A stretch of 64,000 nucleotides of DNA from Octopus vulgaris (lineage: Eukaryota), in assembly GCA_951406725.2 (NCBI GenBank), contig OX597818.1:64108001-64172000 (forward strand), given 5' to 3'. A model generated the notes under the pieces. The model made no database searches. It saw only the letters and a program-made list of their open reading frames with translations, and was not told where the DNA came from. Positions within the stretch are counted from its first letter, which is position 1, and each line of letters starts with the position of its first letter. Positions 56,141-64,000 of this stretch are shown piece after piece. The translations under genes and the position numbers were made by a program.

Positions 56141-56860
56141 TTAAAATCAAAATGAGGGTGAAAAACTTGGATATTAATTTAATAACACCAATTTAACACC
56201 AGTGGTCTAGCGCATAAAAGACGGATATTCAGTAAATATTACTGATACACAAATATGAGAAAAAATCCTCTATGTGGACGCTCTTACGCTAAAGATAGAT
56301 CCGCAAGGGTCTCAACCAATAAGAATTGTTCTCAAGAAACATTTAGCATACTATGAACGTAAGCGAGCAGGACAAATGAAAAATAACAAAAATAGAGATT
56401 AACCCCATACAATTGTTTCACTGTTAATAAATTATGCAATTTTACTTGCATAATTAATCCTCAGATCATCAGTGAGGTACGTCATAAAATATAATTTGTT
56501 GAACTGCCCGCTAGATATTAACACGAGATCAGAAATACGAGCAGTTCGGCCTATTATATTCACAGTTATATTCAAATGCCCTCGTTCTAGCGCGCCAAAT
56601 TTTCGGAAATAAATACTGCATAAATAATTCACTTAATTAATTTACGCCGGTTTGAGAACATATTAATTTATAATTAAAATCAAAATGAGGGTGAAAAAAT
56701 TGGATATTAATTTAATAACACCAATTTAACACCAGTGGTCTAGCGCAGAAAATACTGAGATTCAGTAAATATTATTGATACACAAATATGAGAGAATCCA
56801 CTATGTGGACAAATTCAAATGCCCTCCTTCTAGCGCGCCAAATTCCCGTAGTTTCTAAAA
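56137..56860 (-). mobile_element. Hammerhead-containing element with ~142-bp direct repeats (533-bp period), beside (TA)n
   Basis: 56137-56279 is repeated at 56670-56810; attcaaatgccctc.ttctagcgcgccaaatt occurs at ~56570 and ~56813. Confidence 0.8.
56402..56478 (-). ncRNA. Type I hammerhead ribozyme
   Basis: acctca-CTGATGA-tctg..aattatgcaa gtaaaa ttgcataatt..cagt-GAAAC-aatt-GTA-tggggt. 6-bp stem I and palindromic stem III ACAATTGT; U-U at 10.1/11.1. Confidence 0.75.
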
Positions 56861-56989
56861 AATATTCATATATATATGTATGCATACACAAACATATGTG
56901 TGTGTGTTTCTATGTATATATACATATACATATACACGGCAGCTCACAAATACACATAAACACACACACATACCCATATATGTATTCCA

Positions 56990-57180
56990 GAAACCACTTA
57001 GCCTCATGCTGTCGAAGGTCCCAGAGGAACCTACATCAAGACAAGAAACTCAAAAGGGCAGCGGTGTGGAACTCCCTCCTTCACCAAAAGACATAAGATT
57101 GACTATGGAAAGGTGATTACACTGACGGTGACCCCGCGTGGCCACACCCTAAGGGTTGAACATTATGAAAGAATAAAATT
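56990..57180 (+). mobile_element. Possible Penelope-like 3' end (GIY-YIG C-terminal remnant plus degenerate hammerhead)
   Basis: Frameshifted KV.E..YI...KGSGVELPP resembles the PLE E..I..LNRD.G..L terminus. It is followed by CTGACGG-tgaccc...gggtt-GAAC-ATT (57122-57164). Confidence 0.45.
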
Positions 57181-58759
57181 ATATATATATTTATCACATC
57201 ATCATCATCGTCATCATCATCATTATTATTGTATTCATTCTTTGCTTTCAGTCATTCATTCGAAGGTGCATTTATTCACTTATTTCCATTATCTTTTATT
57301 TAATTGACCCTTCTATTTCTTCTATAGGATTGCATTTCTCTCACACTATTTCTGCGCTCATACCTTCCCTGCCACTCCCTTTCCATTCATTTTACTGACA
57401 TGTTTTCCCTATAACCCTGCCTATCCCCACCTATTTCTCCTTTGTTTGTCTCTATAGATATTCATCACCTTATTGCCCCGTCCGCTCCTCGTCTTAAACA
57501 GCTTTGAACATTCACAAAAGACTAATTGCATCGCTTTGTTTATATTTTGATATGCCTTAACCGATAACGATTTTGATGACGCTTTGAATCCCACGTAAGT
57601 TATCTGAAACGCTTGTATTAAATACATTCAAAATATGCTACTTGGTTAATTTTACTTTCATTAAATACGTTTATATATACATGTATTGAGTGTATCAATA
57701 CGTGTATGTCAGTACGTATCAATACATGTATAGGTGCATGTTCCGAAATTAGGTACGATACCAAACGCTATTCAGTAACGAGCTCTTCTCTGACGTCTGT
57801 ATTTTTAGGTTGTGTCTTCCACAAGAGATTGCTTAAATGGTGGCCAATTTAATTAAATATTTGTGCTAATGGGCATTAGGTAGAAATGCACGTGGAGCAA
57901 AATATGCTTTTGTATCAGTGACGTCAGTGTTATTTCTTAAAGGACACTTTGCTTTTCTTAAGCTTCCATGCTAAATGGCTATATTTATCTCTCCTGATGG
58001 AGATGCAGTGACAGACTGAGATTTATTGTTTCTGAAAGCTATAAGCACCGCTATTTCCCGAACAACACCTGCCTACAATTCTACTTATTGTAATAAAATA
58101 AACTTTGACTGATTGCACGAAAGAATGCAATTACCCGACAGCTTTGAGCGTGTAGATTCCACCAGAGAATATAACTTCCACAAAAGTACACTTTGTTTAA
58201 TATGCTGTATCTCATAATGTCATCAATGCCCCGAACTATATAATCATTTGATGCCGATACCTTGTTGATATATGTATTGTGGTTATTATAGAAAATAGAT
58301 ATTTTACATACAAGCGCAAATATTTCCAAATTGTAATGGAACATGAAAACGAAACTCCGCGACGGGCCTAAATAAAGAATTAATCGATAACGAAATATAT
58401 AATACCGTAGACGTGGTCATCCCCAACATTATATAGTTAGGTTAAAATATAGTTAAGCAAAACAAAGTAATCAATATCGACATATTACAACGTAGATGTG
58501 GTCATCCTGTACGCTATATATTTAGGTTAAAATATAATAAAACAACTTATTCGAAATATATTGAAATTTTATCTGAACAATTTTCATAAGCAACCTCAAA
58601 ATTATTAACCAAAGTAATAATAGAGAATTTTATTATGGAGAAATCATTAGAAATATTTCCAATAAGGAAACAGCTTGTATTTGTATAAGGGAGGCAATAA
58701 TTTACATTTAGCAATAATACTAGTTTCAAATTTGGCACATGGCAAATTTGGAACAGGGG

Positions 58760-58930
58760 CTAAACTGATTATATTGACCTAAGTGTTCAACCGGTGCTTA
58801 TTTTGTCGTCCACTAAAGGATGAAATGTACAGTCGACCTCGATGGGATGTGAACTCAGAATGTGAAAACGGACTAAATGTCGCTCGGAATTTCGCCCGCT
58901 GTGCTAACTAATCTTCCATTTAGCCACCTT
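58760..58930 (-). mobile_element. Diverged SINE family 2 copy
   Basis: aaggatgaaa..cagtcgacctcg...tgaactcagaa...tttcgccc..tgtgctaac. Confidence 0.75.
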
Positions 58931-59429
58931 GGATTTTGCAACCATATTTTCAATTAAGAGGTTGCTTTACAGTCTGTCTCACTGTGCTATAGATGCGCAA
59001 ATCACATAATGAATTTACAAAATTCATGTTTACAGAGAAATGAAAATTACCCAGTAGGATATAAAATTAAGAAAGAAAACGTAGTAAAACATAGTTTATA
59101 ATAGAAAATATTTGGGCCAAGGTAGTTACATCGAAACCCGGTACTTGAGTCGACCTCAGTAGAAATGGACAGGTGCAATTATTTGAAGCCATCCCAATAG
59201 CAGCTTCTCTGGGAGTTAGATATGCTGTAAGCATTTGCAACACTTCTAAATACACAGAACACATTTGAAAAGTCATTTGAGGTCCGAGTCTGTATAAACA
59301 ATTTCAAATAGTTTTTTTATATGGCGGCGTGTATTTGACAATGTATTATATATAGTTAGATATGAAATAAATGTGCACGGTATAAACAGCCTGAGGATAA
59401 TTTACCGGTGTGTGTAACCTTTATAATCG

Positions 59430-59725
59430 CAGGGAAACGTGGAAAGGTACTAGCAGCAGTACATTGTCTTAGAGTAACAATATCGGAAGGATATTCTATT
59501 AGAGACACCACACACAATGATTTATGAACTAACATCAAAATCTTCGTTGAGGGCGCCGGTGAGCGTGACACAAAGTGTTTTGCTTACTAACGAAAGAAAC
59601 ATTTTTGTCCGTGCGAGTCATTATTACGGGCAAATAATCAGAGTCAAAACCTACGTTTTCGACACGATGCAGATGAGTGACTCTTTCCCAGTGTCCAGAT
59701 GGCTCTGTGTGCTCCATCTCAGCTA
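59430..59725 (+). mobile_element. Possible decayed Helitron/PIF1-type helicase C-terminal fragment
   Basis: Loose frameshifted echoes of NGTR, PVRV..T.NKSQGQT and HGQLYVA.SR in the expected order. Weak. Confidence 0.25.
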
Positions 59726-60360
59726 ACGTTTTCCCAACAATTTTCAAATATATCCTCACTAACGATGTGTTTCTTCAATAAATGTTCTTGAATATAACAG
59801 ACATAAAGTTCAAATTTAGACCGAGTTATTTGCACATGCATATTTATATAAGTACGTAAGTATGTATAAATTTTAAAATACATACGTGTATTCCTGTTTG
59901 GGTGTTTGGGTGTATGGGTGGGTATAAATTGTATCTGTTGTTTCTTATTTGATTTTATCATTAATATTTATAAACTATTTCTAAAATGCTCAACGATGTT
60001 TCCGCTGATTTTTCAAACTATTTTCATTAAGCTCATAACCTTGCAAAACAGTATTGCATGAATAATATGATAATTATATTCTGAGTAGTGCTATGTTTCG
60101 TCCGTGGTATTCGTTACTACGGACAAAAAACTAGCGTGAAACTCATGTCTGCTTATGTACTAAAAGTTACTAGTAAATTGTGCAATTAGTGCCGTTCCAT
60201 GTTAGTGCATGTTAAACACGCAGGTATGATTGCTACGTACATAGTTTTGTGAGATATCTATATACGAAATCACTGAAAAGAATATTCATGTAATACTGTT
60301 CCGCAAAATTAGGTGTTTAACGAAAATGATTTGAAAACTCAGAAATACCGTTGTTAATTT

Positions 60361-60774
60361 ACTCTTTACTCTTTTACTTGTTTCATTCATTTTGAATGCG
60401 GCCATGCTGGAGCACCGCCTTTAGTCGAGCAAATCGACCCCGGGACTTATTCTTTGTAAGCCCAGTACTTATTTTATCGGTCTCTTTTGCCGAACCGCTA
60501 ATTGACGAGGACGTAAACACACCAGCATCGGTTGTCAAGCAATGCTAGGGGGACCAACACAGACACACAAACATATACACACGCACTTATATATATATAT
60601 ATACACATATATACGACAGGCTTCTTTCAGTTTCCGTCTACCAAATTCACTCACAAGGCATTGGTCGGCCCTGGGCTATAGCAGAAAACACTTGCCCAAG
60701 ATGCCACGCAGTGGGACTGAACTCGGAACCATGTGGTTGGTTAGCAAGCTACTTACCACACAGCCACTCCTGCG
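60361..60774 (-). mobile_element. CORE-like SINE family 1
   Basis: Reverse complement of the family 1 consensus. Confidence 0.92.
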
Positions 60775-60875
60775 ACTACCAATTGTATTGTTAGATTATG
60801 AAAATTAGGCAAATAAAAAAAAATTATACGTACAGAACACAAAAACATGCATACATATATACATTTTAAAACGTC

Positions 60876-61206
60876 GGCGTGGGAGTGGCTTTGTGGTAAG
60901 ATGCTTGCTGGCCAACCATATGGTTTCGGGTTCCGTGCCACTGCTCGGCTCCTTGGGCAAGTGTATTCTTCTATAGCCTCGAAGTGTTTGTGTCTGTATT
61001 TGTCGTTTGTGTCTGTTTGTCCCCCACCATCGCTTGACAACCGATGTTGGTGTGCTTCCGTCCCCGTAACTTAGCCTTACGGTAAAAAGCGATCGATACA
61101 CTAACTACTAGGCTTACAAGGAATAAGTATGTCCTGGGGTCGATTTATTCGACTAAAGGTGGTGATCCAGCATGGCCGCAGTCAAATGACTGAAACAAGT
61201 AAAAGA
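60876..61206 (+). mobile_element. CORE-like SINE family 1, internally deleted and diverged
   Basis: ggcgtgggagtggctttgtggtaag head and tgactgaaacaagtaaaaga tail. Confidence 0.88.
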
Positions 61207-61816
61207 ATACATACATACATGGATACAAACATATATACGTAAGTATGCCTGTTCAGGGTATTCGATCTAAATTTGAATCGTATGCCTCTTATTCTCAAGA
61301 ACAGCTTGACTTATTGCTGAAGGGACACGTTGTTGAAGAGTGTCAAATTGAAAGTTAGGAAAAGGCTAAATGACATGAAGTGAAAGGAGCGACCTCTCTG
61401 CATGATGCAAATTCCACTAGTTATCAAAACGCATATTTGTATATGTGCATGAATGCATATCGGCTTGTACGTGTGTGTTTATGCTTGTTTCAGTATATGA
61501 GTATATGTTTGCTTCTGTGTGTTTGTTTGTGCGTTTCTCTATGTTGTTATTGTGTCATTATTTAAAAACTTGCACAGAAAAGCGATGATATTTCTCCCGG
61601 GTTTCTGAAACATTGTTACCCTGGATAGATAGAAAGATAGATACATAGGACGATAGACAGATATACCGACAGATAGATAAACAGATACGCACACACGAAA
61701 GTGCACAAGCAAACTCAGACGATCATTCGTGTACATATATATATATATAATGATATATACGTGTGTGTGTGTATAAACATATACATATTAGAGTATATGT
61801 ATGTATATATATATAT

Positions 61817-62290
61817 GCGTTCTAACGAATTTTTCCACCCTCTAGGCTTAAAAAAGCCCTTATTGCTGGTTTTCTTTTCCTGTTTTTATTCTTCATTTGT
61901 ACTGTTTTTTTTCTTCATTTGTATTGCTTTTACGTCCTGTTCTTGTCACATTTTTTTACACCTCTGCAAAAGAATTTTATTTAATTCATTTTGCAGGAAG
62001 GACTGCTTTGGCCGGATCGTGTTCTGCCCTTACCTACGAAACTCGCATTGAGTCGAAACAGGGTCAGCTGAAGAAGGGGAATATTCCTTGTATTGTTTGT
62101 TTGTCTTGTACTCTGTTTTTTCGTTGTTAAAAAAAGTCCGTTTCCTTGTTTGATTTTATGTTTTCGTTTCTCGTTGTGTTCTACGTTTATTTTGGTGTCG
62201 TGTACTCATATATGCATGTATATATACATATAGATGTAGGTATGTACATATATGTATGTATGTATGCATATGTTTTATTTATTAAATTGT
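61817..62290 (+). mobile_element. TA-embedded element of the same family as 43895-44473
   Basis: cagctgaagaagggg...gtcttgtactctgttttttcgttgttaaaaaaa...tagatgtaggta.gtacatatatgt aligns with 44164-44392. TA tracts lie on both sides. Confidence 0.85.
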
Positions 62291-62476
62291 TATATATATA
62301 TATATATATATATATACGTACATATATATATATATATATATATGTGTGTGTATATATGTATATATATACATCTATACATATATATATGTATATATATATA
62401 CATATATAAATGTATATATATTTTTATATATATATACATATATACATGCATACATATATACACACATATATATCCA

Positions 62477-62530
<54 letters not shown>

Positions 62531-63890
62531 CGTATGTGTATGTATGTATGTATGTGTGTATAAATATCAGTTTGCCTAATGATTTTCACCGAAACACTCG
62601 CTACTAGGAAATGTTATTTAAGCAATTTTTCCATTCTAGCTTACGGCTGAGATCAGCAAAATCCTATGATTTCTTTGTCAAGGAAATAGTGAGGAGGCAT
62701 GTCATGCTTTTGTATTTGTAAATCTATGCAAATCACTTTTCCGTGTATATATATATCCTTTACACCGAAGTGAGTTAATGTCCCTGCACTTGATAACTGG
62801 GAATAATGATAGTCAGGCTACAATGGGCGAGAATATCGGGCGAAAATAAATTTTGATGGCGGTTATCTAACTTTTTAGTTTAAAGATAACTGCTGGAAGT
62901 CGTAAAGCAGAGTCAATGAAACGCATCATGTATATGTATGTGCAAATCTATGCCCATATGTGTCTCTGTTTGTTTATGTCAGTGCGTTAGTGTATGTTTG
63001 TGTGAGACTGTGTGAGTGTATGTGTGTGAGTGTATTTGTGCATGTGACATTTTGTGTGTTGAAATAATTTTGACTCTATTGTTATATTTTTAGTATGTCT
63101 ATAATTGACTAAACATACACAACTGCATTTCTTTATGAAGTTGTGTACGCATGTCTATCGTTTCATGATGTTTCCCGCACGAAAATATTACAAAGCAATT
63201 TAGAATAAATAATATTTGATCTTTTGTTTAATTAACTCATAAATTCAAACTTGCACACGAGTAACATAATAGACACTTCGAGAAATAGCTAAATATTTCG
63301 TCAAACGGAACAATAGACAAGAAACACTTGACTATTTTTGAAGTATGACAATGAAATGCTTATATATTCTCCTACAATTTCGTTAACATTTTCTATAACA
63401 CAATCAATAACATAATTGATTCCTGTTAATGGGTAAAATTGCCATTACAGTAATTGTTGGCGCTAAGATGATATTTCGGGGGCTTTTATGTATAGGTAGA
63501 AAAAGAGCAACAACCAATCAAAGTGTAATATAAATTGGCCACTTCAATTAATACGTTCGCTAGTATTCTTGGTCTCTAAAAAGATATAGAAGCTATTGGT
63601 AGAACAATGGCGTGGGATACCAAAATAACTCACCGTTTCTTTCACATTAACGATGCCTTTAAATAACATACATTGAATTGAATCAAAGATCAATGGAACT
63701 TTTCCTATTGACCTTATGTCTATTTCCAGCGATATCTACAGACACATTTACACACACATATGCATGCACGAACACACACACACGTACACACATATATTCA
63801 AACAAAAGCACACACAGATGTGCTTTATTCACCATTATTTTTACATTCGCTTTTTTTAAATGTATGGAGAAGCTTATGACAGATTTTTTA

Positions 63891-63954
<64 letters not shown>

Positions 63955-64000
63955 TGTGTGTGTATATAGATATGTATATATATATGTATATATATATATA

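Noticed and set aside
57990-58050. ctgatgg...gaaagcta hammerhead-like motif
   Set aside because: Core mismatch and no stem I pairing.

Overview
AT-rich, microsatellite-dense, non-genic animal DNA. The SINE families and the (TA)n/(TAA)n/(CA)n density point to a coleoid cephalopod, probably Octopus; this is an inference from repeat content. I can support no host protein-coding exon. Nearly all ORFs in the track are microsatellite (YI/LL/II) or SINE translation artefacts. The only long intact coding region is a 5'-truncated CR1-clade LINE ORF2 (APE remnant plus RT, minus strand, about 45524-48160). The rest is repeat: three tRNA-derived SINE families, decayed CR1/RTE and R4/Dong-like (RLE) fragments, and internally deleted hAT and mariner elements. 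Most interesting is a set of short non-coding elements in or beside (TA)n tracts. They carry type I hammerhead-ribozyme motifs with a palindromic stem III (ACACGTGT, ACAATTGT, ACATATGT, ACAGCTGT, ACGT), and several are large foldback palindromes centred on a single unpaired base. They resemble several families of microsatellite-targeted Penelope-like element (PLE) pLTR remnants or retrozyme-like elements. All calls come from reading the sequence by eye; no searches or folding programs were run.
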